Source: a virus. Taken from it: 64,000 bases of DNA. A model generated the notes under the pieces. It saw only the letters and a program-made list of their open reading frames with translations, searched no databases and was not told where the DNA came from. The stretch lies in the IMG/VR virus record IMGVR_UViG_3300036790_000425, positions 1-64,000 of that record. The stretch is one strand, 5' to 3'. Positions 46,462 to 54,800 of this stretch are shown here, in pieces; position 1 is the stretch's first letter, and each line of letters opens with the position of its first letter. A program made the translations under genes and the position numbers.

Positions 46462-46857
46462 CTACACGCTAGCGGGCGGCGGCTTCTCCTGGCCATATGC
46501 CCGGGCCCGGCCGGCGGCCTCGAACACGCTGGTGGTGCCGTCCGCGGGGATCTCCAGCTCCCAGACCGCGGCCAGCGCGGCGGTCAGCTCGATCCGGGCC
46601 TGCTTAGCGGCGGCCGTCAGCACGCTCATCACCTGCTCGTACACCGGGCCCGCCTCGAATGGGCCGATCCCGGTCAGGGCCTTCCGGATGCGCTCCGCGG
46701 CCTCGATATCGCTGACATGCCCGCGGATCCGGTCATCCGCCATCCAGGTGCGCGGGTCAGGGATCTCCCGCTCAATCTCGGTCTCCTCCGGAGCCTGGTC
46801 CTGGTCGGTTTCCCGGGGGTCCAGGGCATCCGCCTCCGGCTCATCAGCGAGCGGCAA
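46462..46857 (-). CDS. Hypothetical protein
   Basis: GGAGGAG RBS. Confidence 0.6.
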   Translation of the reverse strand: MPLADEPEADALDPRETDQDQAPEETEIEREIPDPRTWMADDRIRGHVSDIEAAERIRKALTGIGPFEAGPVYEQVMSVLTAAAKQARIELTAALAAVWELEIPADGTTSVFEAAGRARAYGQEKPPPASV

Positions 46858-47476
46858 CGCGCTCTCCTCCCAGGACCGAGGCCAGCGCCGCCGTGGTCTC
46901 GGCCTCCATCATGGCCAGGTCCGCCGGCCGCCTCTCCCGCAGCAACGCGGCTGGGTGCCAGATGCTCAGCATCATGGCCGCCGCCGCCGGGCAGCAGTCC
47001 GGAGCCCAGCGCATCCACTTCCCGCGGGCGTTCGGGAAGGTGCCGTTCCGCTGGCTGGTCAGGGCCTGGAAGGCGACCGCGCCGGCGGCGATGACCACCA
47101 CCGGGCTGATCAGGGCGACCTCCGCCTGGATCCGCGGGGCTGAGGCGACGATCTCGTAGATGTAGGGCGTCCGGTTGTGCGGCGGGCGCCAGGGCACGAC
47201 GTTGGCGACATAGCACTGGTCCCAGGCGATCCCGGCGTCCCCGGTCAGGGCCCGCAGCCGCTTCCCGGCCGCTCCGGTGAACGGCTCGCCGGCGCGCTCC
47301 TCGTCCTCGCCGGGGGCCTCTCCGACGATCACCAGCGGCGCCGTTACCGGACCGTGACCAGAGATCAGCCGCCGTCCGCTGCGGGCCAGCGGGGACATCA
47401 CGGGATGGTCGGCGTACTCCTGGTACAGGCGCGCGATCGCGGCCTGGCGCCCGTCCGGCTGGCCGGCCTCAGTCAT
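46844..47476 (-). CDS. Uracil-DNA glycosylase, family-4-like
   Basis: VGEAPG..E...GEPFTG.AG, N..WRPP.NR.P, HPAALLR. Confidence 0.9.
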   Translation of the reverse strand: MTEAGQPDGRQAAIARLYQEYADHPVMSPLARSGRRLISGHGPVTAPLVIVGEAPGEDEERAGEPFTGAAGKRLRALTGDAGIAWDQCYVANVVPWRPPHNRTPYIYEIVASAPRIQAEVALISPVVVIAAGAVAFQALTSQRNGTFPNARGKWMRWAPDCCPAAAAMMLSIWHPAALLRERRPADLAMMEAETTAALASVLGGERVAAR

Positions 47477-47500
47477 CGTGTTACCTCCCGGAGATATGAC

Positions 47501-47534
47501 GAGCCGGGCGCCTCCCGGAGGAGGCACCCGGCTC
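47501..47534 (-). other. 15-bp hairpin with cUCCGg (UNCG) tetraloop in the UDG leader
   Basis: GAGCCGGGTGCCTCC-TCCG-GGAGGCGCCCGGCTC with one G-U pair. Confidence 0.75.
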
Positions 47535-47618
47535 AGCAGGCGCCGTCTGGACTCCTGCGTGCAAAGGAAAACGACGCTAGGAGGCCCCGGCAGAGCCGGG
47601 GGGTTCCTTGCAAGGCCA

Positions 47619-47647
47619 AGACTAATACAGGTTTTCTTGCTAGTCAA
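47619..47647 (-). promoter_or_regulatory. Promoter with 17-bp element (orientation B, register shifted 3 bp)
   Basis: TTGACT-AGCAAGAAAACCTGTAT-TAGTCT. Confidence 0.8.
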
Positions 47648-47927
47648 CCCCGGAATCCCTCAGCCTTGCCTCAACCGCATCACGGACCGCCTGGCGGCCG
47701 TCCCCGTGCCGGTAGAACCGCTCGACCTCATCGCGGATCACCAGCTCCATCGCCCTGGCCGCCTCGGCCTTCACCACCGCCCGGACGTGCTCCGGGCGGC
47801 ACAGCTCGGTGATCGCGCGCTGCATCTCGGATGAGATGTCCAGCTCGTGCTGGAGGAGCGCCATCTTGATCTCGTGCGCCATGCCCTCGACGCGCATGGT
47901 GATGACGGGAATCCCGGGCTGGCTCAC
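47640..47927 (-). CDS. Hypothetical helical protein
   Basis: GTGA coupling. Confidence 0.65.
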   Translation of the reverse strand: MSQPGIPVITMRVEGMAHEIKMALLQHELDISSEMQRAITELCRPEHVRAVVKAEAARAMELVIRDEVERFYRHGDGRQAVRDAVEARLRDSGVD

Positions 47928-48226
47928 GGCCGGACGGCCTTCTCAACCTCGTCCTGCCAGCGGATGCCGACCTGGCCCGACCACTGGCGCATGGCGTCCA
48001 GGAAGAAGACGGCGGCCTCGGTGACCCGGCCCGGGTCATACTCGGCCGCCAGGCGGCCGTGATCATCCTGGTACATGGTCAGCAGCGGCTCCCCGCCGCG
48101 GGGATCCGGGATCACGATCCGGAACTCGGGGCCGGCCGGGACCGCGGACCGGGCGGACGTGTCCGGGGCGGGCGCGGGCGGGGCGCCGGGCATCCGGGCC
48201 ATCATGTGGTCGGGGTGCTGGCTCAC
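47924..48226 (-). CDS. Hypothetical protein
   Basis: GTGA coupling. Confidence 0.6.
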   Translation of the reverse strand: MSQHPDHMMARMPGAPPAPAPDTSARSAVPAGPEFRIVIPDPRGGEPLLTMYQDDHGRLAAEYDPGRVTEAAVFFLDAMRQWSGQVGIRWQDEVEKAVRP

Positions 48227-48456
48227 TTGCGCTCCTCGGGGATCTCGATGCCGGTAAACGGGTCCATATTCCCGGCCAGGCGCTCCCAGCCGGGGTTCGC
48301 GGCCTCCCAGGCGTCCCGGCGGGTGACGGCCGCCGGGAGGGCGGACGGAGCGCACGGCCCCGGGTGCAGCTCGGGCAGGTCGCACCAGTGGTCGATCAGG
48401 CCGTCCTCGGTTACCGGCTGGCGGCACCTGCGCTGCGGGTACTCGGCGGACTTCAC
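48223..48456 (-). CDS. Small Cys/His protein
   Basis: C...WCDLPELHPGPC. Confidence 0.6.
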   Translation of the reverse strand: MKSAEYPQRRCRQPVTEDGLIDHWCDLPELHPGPCAPSALPAAVTRRDAWEAANPGWERLAGNMDPFTGIEIPEERK

Positions 48457-48785
48457 GGGATCCTCTCGCGTAGATCAGAGCGCAGCGCAGGTGCCGCCAG
48501 CCGGCGCGCGGGGGGAGGCTTCCAGCCAGTGCGCGCCAGATCGCGCTTCAGGCAGAACGTATTGATCCTGGCTGCGTTACCGCCCAGGTCTATCAGCCAC
48601 ATCAATACCCGGGCCAGCTCGTAGGGCACGACCAGGACAGCGACCATCAGCAGGATCAGCGGCCGGGCAGCTACCGCCAGCCACATCCAGCGCCAGTGCC
48701 GGTACGGCAGGTCCCTAGCCGGGTTCACCAGCGGGCACCAGAGCGACCGGAGTCTCCGCAGGACCTTCGCCCGGGTGATCTGCAC
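48453..48785 (-). CDS. Membrane protein
   Basis: GGAGG RBS; hydrophobic segment. Confidence 0.6.
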   Translation of the reverse strand: MQITRAKVLRRLRSLWCPLVNPARDLPYRHWRWMWLAVAARPLILLMVAVLVVPYELARVLMWLIDLGGNAARINTFCLKRDLARTGWKPPPARRLAAPALRSDLRERIP

Positions 48786-48822
48786 ACTGCCTCCGCTGTC
48801 AGGTTCCTAGCTATCCGCCAGG

Positions 48823-48844
48823 ATAGTACAGGAACCCGGAGCTA
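48823..48844 (-). promoter_or_regulatory. Possible degenerate 16th copy of the element (18 bp) with -10 TACTAT
   Basis: TAGCTCCGGGTTCCTG-TACTAT. Confidence 0.35.
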
Positions 48845-51800
48845 TTCGAGCGTGTCCTGACCGCCGCGCCGCAGGAACTCCATCGTGGCCGACACCTTCG
48901 CCGCCGGCAGGCCGCACCGCTCACAGGAGTCCGCGGCTGCCACCTTGTCCAGGCCGCCCGTCCCGCCGGTCGGGATCTCCTGCTTGTTCTTCAGGTCCCA
49001 GATCGCGATCTGATTATGGTGCTGCGCCATCCTGGTCGCCCCCTCCAGGCCGTGAACGTTGTGAGAGATGTCCAGGAACACATTCCCCGACTCATGATCA
49101 TGCCACGTCCCGAGATGCGCCCCGGGCTGCGCGAAGTGGCTGGCATGTCCCTGGATATAACTGCGCAGGACGTGATGTCCCTGCGGTCCGAAGAACTCGT
49201 GCGCCGGCAGGAAGTGGCTGCCCTCCTGCTGAGCCACCATGTAGCCGCCCGACGGGGACCGGCCCGAGGTCAGGCTTACAGAATGACCGCCGTTGCGGTG
49301 CGTCCGGTCGATGATCCGGTGCATATCCCGGAAGGAGCTGGTCGGCTCCCTGCTGCGCGCCTCAGTCCTGATCCCGGCGCCCAGCGGGAAGCGCACCACC
49401 TGGTCGCCGCGCTTCACGTGCAGGTGCGTGAACGACACCTGGCGGGCCGGGTGCGACGGCGGGACCGGGTCGCCGTCCTCCAGGTAGGCCAGGGTGACGT
49501 GCGGCCGGTAGTCCTGGTGCTCGCTCGCGCTCAGGTCCTCCAGCTCGCGGCGCAGCTGGCTGATGCCGGGCACGTAGGCCGGGACGAAGACCGGGGTCTT
49601 CCCGTCACTGGCCTCGCTCGGCGGGAAGGTGCCCGTGCCGCGCAGCACGCCGTGCAGCGGCTTCGAGCGGGCCCCTGCCTCGGCCGCCCGCTGCATGGCG
49701 GTGCCGAACGCCTCGTCGCTCAGCCCCTTGCCCAGGTAGACCACCGTGATGTGGGGCTCGTCGTCCACCCCGCCCGGGACCCGCTCGATCAGGCCCTCCG
49801 GGATCGGCAGGTAGATCATCCCGCTGCGGGGCGCTACGTCGTAGCCGGCTACGCCCTCGCGAGGCTCAAGTTTCGTTGACTCTTGCTCTTGAACATCCAA
49901 GGAAACCCCGCCTGCACTTGAATGATCGCGCCGGACTGATGCCGACTTGCGAACGTTGTCCCAGGACTTGGCGAAGGCCGGGTGCAGGTCCAGGTGCTTC
50001 ACCTCTCGCGGCGCGAACCAGCCGGCCCCGGCGATCTCGTGATCGGTCTCGCCCCGGCCGCGCGGGGTGAACAGCTCCGGCGAGTCGTAAGAGACGGTGT
50101 GGAACTTCCAGTCACCGCAGTCGGTGGACACGGTCGTGGACCGGTGGCTGGTGCCGCGCGGCAGCGCGCCCATCTCCTCCCGGAACTCCCGCAGCGCGCC
50201 GTCCTCGGGGCTCTCGTCCTTCCCCCTCGCGCCGGACGGGATTGACCAGGTGTCCGGGTGATCCACGGCCGGGCTGCGCTTCTGAAGCAGGTAGCGGACC
50301 TGGCCGTCCTCGCCCTTGTGGCGCATCAGCAGGCCCGCCGCGCCGTACGCGCCCCAGTGCTCATGACCCTTCGAGCAGGTGACCATCCGGTCGCCGTCCG
50401 AGCCAGAGGCCACGCGCACGGCGGACGGCCTGATCTCGTTATACCCGGTCATGCCACCAGTTCGAGGTGTTCCCGGATATAGGCCACCGTCAGCTCGAAC
50501 AGCACCGGATCGTCCCCGAGATTCCGTACTCGGAAGTTGCATCCCACGCACAGCAGCTTGCGCTTCTTGCCCGTGACGTGGTTGTGGTCCACGCACAGGC
50601 TGATCCGATCCGAAGCCCCTGCCTCGATCGGGCAGATCGCACACTTGCCGCCCTGGGCGGCCAGCATCTCCTCGTACTCCTCGATGGTGATGCCGTAGGT
50701 CCGCTTCAGGTAGACGTTGCGCACGTACCTGGCCCTGCCACCCTTGCGCTCCATCATCCGGGCCTGAGCCGCAGCCTGGTGAATCGTCGCGCACGGCGGG
50801 CAGTAGCTCCCCCTGAACGTGGCGCGGGTGCCCTCCGTCCCGCATGTGGCGCACCACCTCGGGGTCTGGTCGGTCCGGTACCGCTTCATGCGCTCGACCT
50901 GCTGAGTGCTGCGGCACTTCTTGCACACGCCCCGGAAGTAGCCCTTCGGTCCGGCCTTCTTGCCGGGCGGAGTCCAATCGAAATGATCCTGGTCCTGCGG
51001 CTTGGTCTCGTGGCAGCGAGTGCAGGTCTTGGTGTCCATAGCCACTAATGTTACCCGGAGAAACATTGCCGGGGCCGGACGCGCCGGGCTCAGAGAAGAC
51101 GAGTTTCCTGATCTTCTCCAAAATCCTATCAGGACTATAGGAAAGCCATTTCTCGATCAGGTTGCCAGCGTCCTGCCAGCCGTCGCCCTCGTCACTGAAG
51201 GCCCGGCGGCGCTCAGCGTGCAGCCGCTCCCACAGGGCCCTGGCCTGCCGGGTGCGGGCGGGCTCGGCCTGGCGCAGGATGGCCCGGGCCTCGGTGGCCA
51301 CGGCACGGGCCTGGGACAGGATCGCGGGATCGAAATCGGCGGCCGAGTGCGCCGGCAGGTGCGGCGGCCGGACCGCCCACTTCGAGTCGCTGAGATCCCA
51401 GGCCGCGTAGGGCTTGATCCGCCGGATATCCCAGGCACCCGGGTTGACGTAGCCGGTCAGGTCAAAGTGACCGCCGCAGTCCGGGTGCCAGTCCGGGTCG
51501 TTGAAGTGCCTGCGCAGGACATCATTCAGCGCCGCGTCAATCGCGGCATCACCCTTCTTCGGCCAGCCGACTGCACGGTTCCAGTTCCAGGCCTCGTAAT
51601 CCACGCCGATCAGGATGTCCAGGTCCGTGGCCGCGTCGTTGGGACGGCCGCCGGCCCACTCGCTGGCGCTGCCGCCGGCCAGGTAGACCTTCAGGTACTC
51701 TTGCCACTCCGAGCCAGTCAGGCCGCCGTCTACGCGCAGCGCCCGGTCCAGCCGCTCCATGATGTCGTGGCGCACGGCCGGGCGCAGCTCGTGACGGCTG

Positions 51801-51877
51801 TTGAACAGCACCGGGTCAAGCCCGCTGGTCGGCCCGAAAATGCCGCTGGACGGCAGGTACCGGGCTGCCTCGGTCAC
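48842..51877 (-). CDS. 1011-aa ORF: Pol-beta-type nucleotidyltransferase, linker, NUDIX hydrolase, 2H phosphoesterase, C-terminal domain; internal ATG 50452 can give a 536-aa NUDIX-2H product
   Basis: GGSAS...DLDI; Nudix box GARGKDESPEDGALREFREEMG; HIT...HVT; GTGA-coupled start. Confidence 0.8.
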   Translation of the reverse strand: MTEAARYLPSSGIFGPTSGLDPVLFNSRHELRPAVRHDIMERLDRALRVDGGLTGSEWQEYLKVYLAGGSASEWAGGRPNDAATDLDILIGVDYEAWNWNRAVGWPKKGDAAIDAALNDVLRRHFNDPDWHPDCGGHFDLTGYVNPGAWDIRRIKPYAAWDLSDSKWAVRPPHLPAHSAADFDPAILSQARAVATEARAILRQAEPARTRQARALWERLHAERRRAFSDEGDGWQDAGNLIEKWLSYSPDRILEKIRKLVFSEPGASGPGNVSPGNISGYGHQDLHSLPRDQAAGPGSFRLDSARQEGRTEGLLPGRVQEVPQHSAGRAHEAVPDRPDPEVVRHMRDGGHPRHVQGELLPAVRDDSPGCGSGPDDGAQGWQGQVRAQRLPEADLRHHHRGVRGDAGRPGRQVCDLPDRGRGFGSDQPVRGPQPRHGQEAQAAVRGMQLPSTESRGRSGAVRADGGLYPGTPRTGGMTGYNEIRPSAVRVASGSDGDRMVTCSKGHEHWGAYGAAGLLMRHKGEDGQVRYLLQKRSPAVDHPDTWSIPSGARGKDESPEDGALREFREEMGALPRGTSHRSTTVSTDCGDWKFHTVSYDSPELFTPRGRGETDHEIAGAGWFAPREVKHLDLHPAFAKSWDNVRKSASVRRDHSSAGGVSLDVQEQESTKLEPREGVAGYDVAPRSGMIYLPIPEGLIERVPGGVDDEPHITVVYLGKGLSDEAFGTAMQRAAEAGARSKPLHGVLRGTGTFPPSEASDGKTPVFVPAYVPGISQLRRELEDLSASEHQDYRPHVTLAYLEDGDPVPPSHPARQVSFTHLHVKRGDQVVRFPLGAGIRTEARSREPTSSFRDMHRIIDRTHRNGGHSVSLTSGRSPSGGYMVAQQEGSHFLPAHEFFGPQGHHVLRSYIQGHASHFAQPGAHLGTWHDHESGNVFLDISHNVHGLEGATRMAQHHNQIAIWDLKNKQEIPTGGTGGLDKVAAADSCERCGLPAAKVSATMEFLRRGGQDTLE
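50449..51039 (-). CDS. Endonuclease VII-family (homing-type) endonuclease nested out of frame in 48842..51877
   Basis: YGITIEEYEEMLAAQGGKCAIC...VDHNH.TG..RKLLC..CN; N-terminal CxxC ribbons. Confidence 0.9.
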   Translation of the reverse strand: MDTKTCTRCHETKPQDQDHFDWTPPGKKAGPKGYFRGVCKKCRSTQQVERMKRYRTDQTPRWCATCGTEGTRATFRGSYCPPCATIHQAAAQARMMERKGGRARYVRNVYLKRTYGITIEEYEEMLAAQGGKCAICPIEAGASDRISLCVDHNHVTGKKRKLLCVGCNFRVRNLGDDPVLFELTVAYIREHLELVA

Positions 51878-54800
51878 GCCGTCAGCGCCTTGCGCTCGGG
51901 TTCGGTCCACGCACCTTCCGTGCTGCGCAGGATCTCTGCTGCCTCGTCCGCGGTGCCGGCCAGGTGACCGGACATCTGCCGCAGCAGGTCCGGCATGCTC
52001 TCCGCGAGCGGCAGGTGCTCGCACCTGGCCGCCAGCGTCCCCAGGGCGGCCGACACGATCCGCAGGGCGCCGGGTACCTCGTGCAGCATGGACACGACAT
52101 CCTCGGCGCTCTGGGGCTGGTAGGACGCGATCCGCATCGGCATGTCCCGCAGCGCCCGGGCGACCGACACCGGCTGCGCCTTCTCAGGCAGACTCGCCGC
52201 GGCGGCAGCCTCGTGCACCTGGTGGATGAAGCTGGCCGGCAGGGGCTCGCGCAGCGCGTGCACGGTGCCCTCCGTGGCCTCCCGTGGCTCGCTGAGGTAG
52301 CGCGAGACCTGGTCCCGGGGCACGTGGATCTCCACGACGCGCGGGCTCGTCCAGTCCCGCTGCCCGGCGATCAGGGCGGCGCCGTCCCGGCTGGTGGTCA
52401 CCGTGGGCTGGTCCGGGGACTGGGCCGGACGCAGGCCGCCGGACTGGATGCCGGCGGTGTCGTCGTGGTGCGCGCCGTGGTAAAGCACGTAGGGATCAGC
52501 GGGCTGACCCAGTGCGGCCTCATGATCGCCCCAGCCCTCGTCCTCCTCGTCATACCGGGACTCGATGTGCTCCGGGACCGGCATCTCGCGGTGCACGCCG
52601 AACCCGGTCCGGCTGCGCACGTCGCCTGGGTTCACCCGGCGCGAGTTTCCTCCCTCGTCATGAGTCGGGTCCTTCTCGACGTCGTCGGCATGCGGGGTGA
52701 CCTCGAAAACCCTGGGCCGGCCGCCGTGCGCCTCCGCCGCGCGCTCGGCGTAGTCCCAGGCGCTGCCCGGGTCCGCCGTGGCGAAAGCGTGCGTGCCGTC
52801 GTGATCCTGCGGGAAGTTCCGCCGCCCGCTGCCCTGCGGGGTGATCTGATCCGGATCGCCGCTGTCGTTCGTGCCGTGGTAGTAGGGTCCCCGGGCCGGC
52901 TCACCGCGCTTGCCCCGGTCCAGGGCATCCATGTCCCGGCGGAAATTGCGATCATGCTCGCCCTCGCTGGCGTCGAACATGCCGTAGCAGTGCTGGCACA
53001 CAGCCGGGCTCCGGCCGCCGCCCTCGCCGTGGTCACCCGGGCCAGGCGGCCGGAACCGGCGGCTGCCGCAGTCCGGGCAGGCGGCATCCTCGTGCGGGAC
53101 GGCCGGCTCCAGCGCGGCGGTGCGCTTCTGCTTCTCCAGGGCGCGCAGGCCCTTCCGGTAGGGCTCGTAGACGGAATCCGTCTCGTCGTTCACCCAGCTG
53201 TAGCTCTCCGGGCCGTTCCGGTCGTCGCGCATGTAGCGGGCGGAGCCGTGCCAGGGCTCGTGCACGGCCAGCATCTGCCGGGGGTGCACGTCACCGCGCA
53301 TGATCACGTGGTGGTGGCCCTCGCCCCACTCCCTCAGCTTGCCCTGGTCGTAGCTGCCGTCCTTATTGCGGGCATGCCAGGGTGACTCGGCGTTGCCGGA
53401 GATCTCATCCGGGTGGGCGTGGTACTCCACGACAGCCGCATGCCCTGAGTGATCATCCAGGATGTCGTCCGGGCGCTTAGTGGAGGCCCACACGCCGGCC
53501 GACGGGTCATCCAGGTTGTGGTCCCCGGCATCGCCCCGGGCGCGGCTGCGCTGGAGTCCGTGCTGCCGGATCGAGTCCACGTTGTCCAGCGGGGTGTAGT
53601 GCCAGAGCCGGACGCGCCCGGCCGGGATCTCGGCGGTGCCGGGATCGGCCGGCAGCTCATCTCGGCTGTGCAAGGCGCCCTCCTTCGGGATGCCGACGTC
53701 GGTATAGTTCACCGTGCCGTGCTGACCTGGCCGGTGGCTGACCGGGACGTGGCGGTCCACCGGATGCCACGTCCAGCCCGGCGGGTTGTGCTCGGGGTGC
53801 AGGGGGTGCACCGTGCCCTCCTTGCCGGGCTCGCCCACCCAGGCCCCCTCCACGTGCACCGAGGAGCCGGGGTGCAGCCGGACCTCCGCCTCCGACGGCA
53901 GCGACTCGTGCCTGCCGCGCCACATCGGGTGCGAGCGGGAGATGGCCTGGGACTCCGGGTGCTCCAGCCGGGACTGCCACACCACCGGCCGGGTGCTCGG
54001 GCCGCCCCGTTCGGGGCCGGTGATAACGCCCTCCGGCTTCGCGCTCCAGTGCATGCCGAGCGAGCGGGTGCCGGAGATGTCCTCGCCGGCCGGGCGGCGC
54101 TCGCCGCGCCACAGCCGCAGGCCCGGCTCGGGCCTGCTGGCCACGTCCAGCATCTTCCTGCTGTAATCCCGGTCATCGGCAGCCGCCAGGCCCTCGCGCT
54201 GGGAGTCGATCATCGGCGGCAGGTGGCTCAGGTCCGGCGGCCGGTGCGGGCTCAGGCCGCTGCCGGGGAAGTCCCGGGACAGGCCGCGCCCGTGCCGGTC
54301 GTTGGCTACCTGGATCTTGGCATCGGTGTAGTGACGGCGGGCCAGCGCCGCGGCGTCCTCATGCCCGGCACCGTCCAGGGCCAGGGCGTAGTGCCAGGTG
54401 AAGCCCCGGCCGTGGCGCCGCTCGTCCGGGTCCTTGTCGCTCGGCCGCGGGTGCCTGTCCCAGGACTCCCGGGGCCGGGCCTCCTCCAGCGCCTGCCGCT
54501 TATCGGTCATGACGTGCGCGGCATGATGAGCCAGCTCATGGATGCTGCCGTGCTCCGGGGCCACGGCGGAGTCGATGTCCTCGCGCGGCATGAAGAAGCT
54601 GGCCTGACCGAGCATCTTCCGCAGCGTGCCGGTGCGGTCCTCCGGAGCCTGGCCCAGGTGCGGGTGCTCCTGGCTGACTTTCGCCTCGACGGCGGCGTGC
54701 ACTGCGCGGTTGGGCTCGGCAGCGACGTGATCAGCCACAGCGGTGCGGCGGACCCGGGGGAGCGGGATCTGGCTGCGCGTGGCCGCGTACCCCTCCGCTG

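Noticed and set aside
50449-51100. Group I intron or intein around the EndoVII gene
   Set aside because: No room for a ribozyme core on either side; the endonuclease is out of frame and I saw no intein terminal motifs
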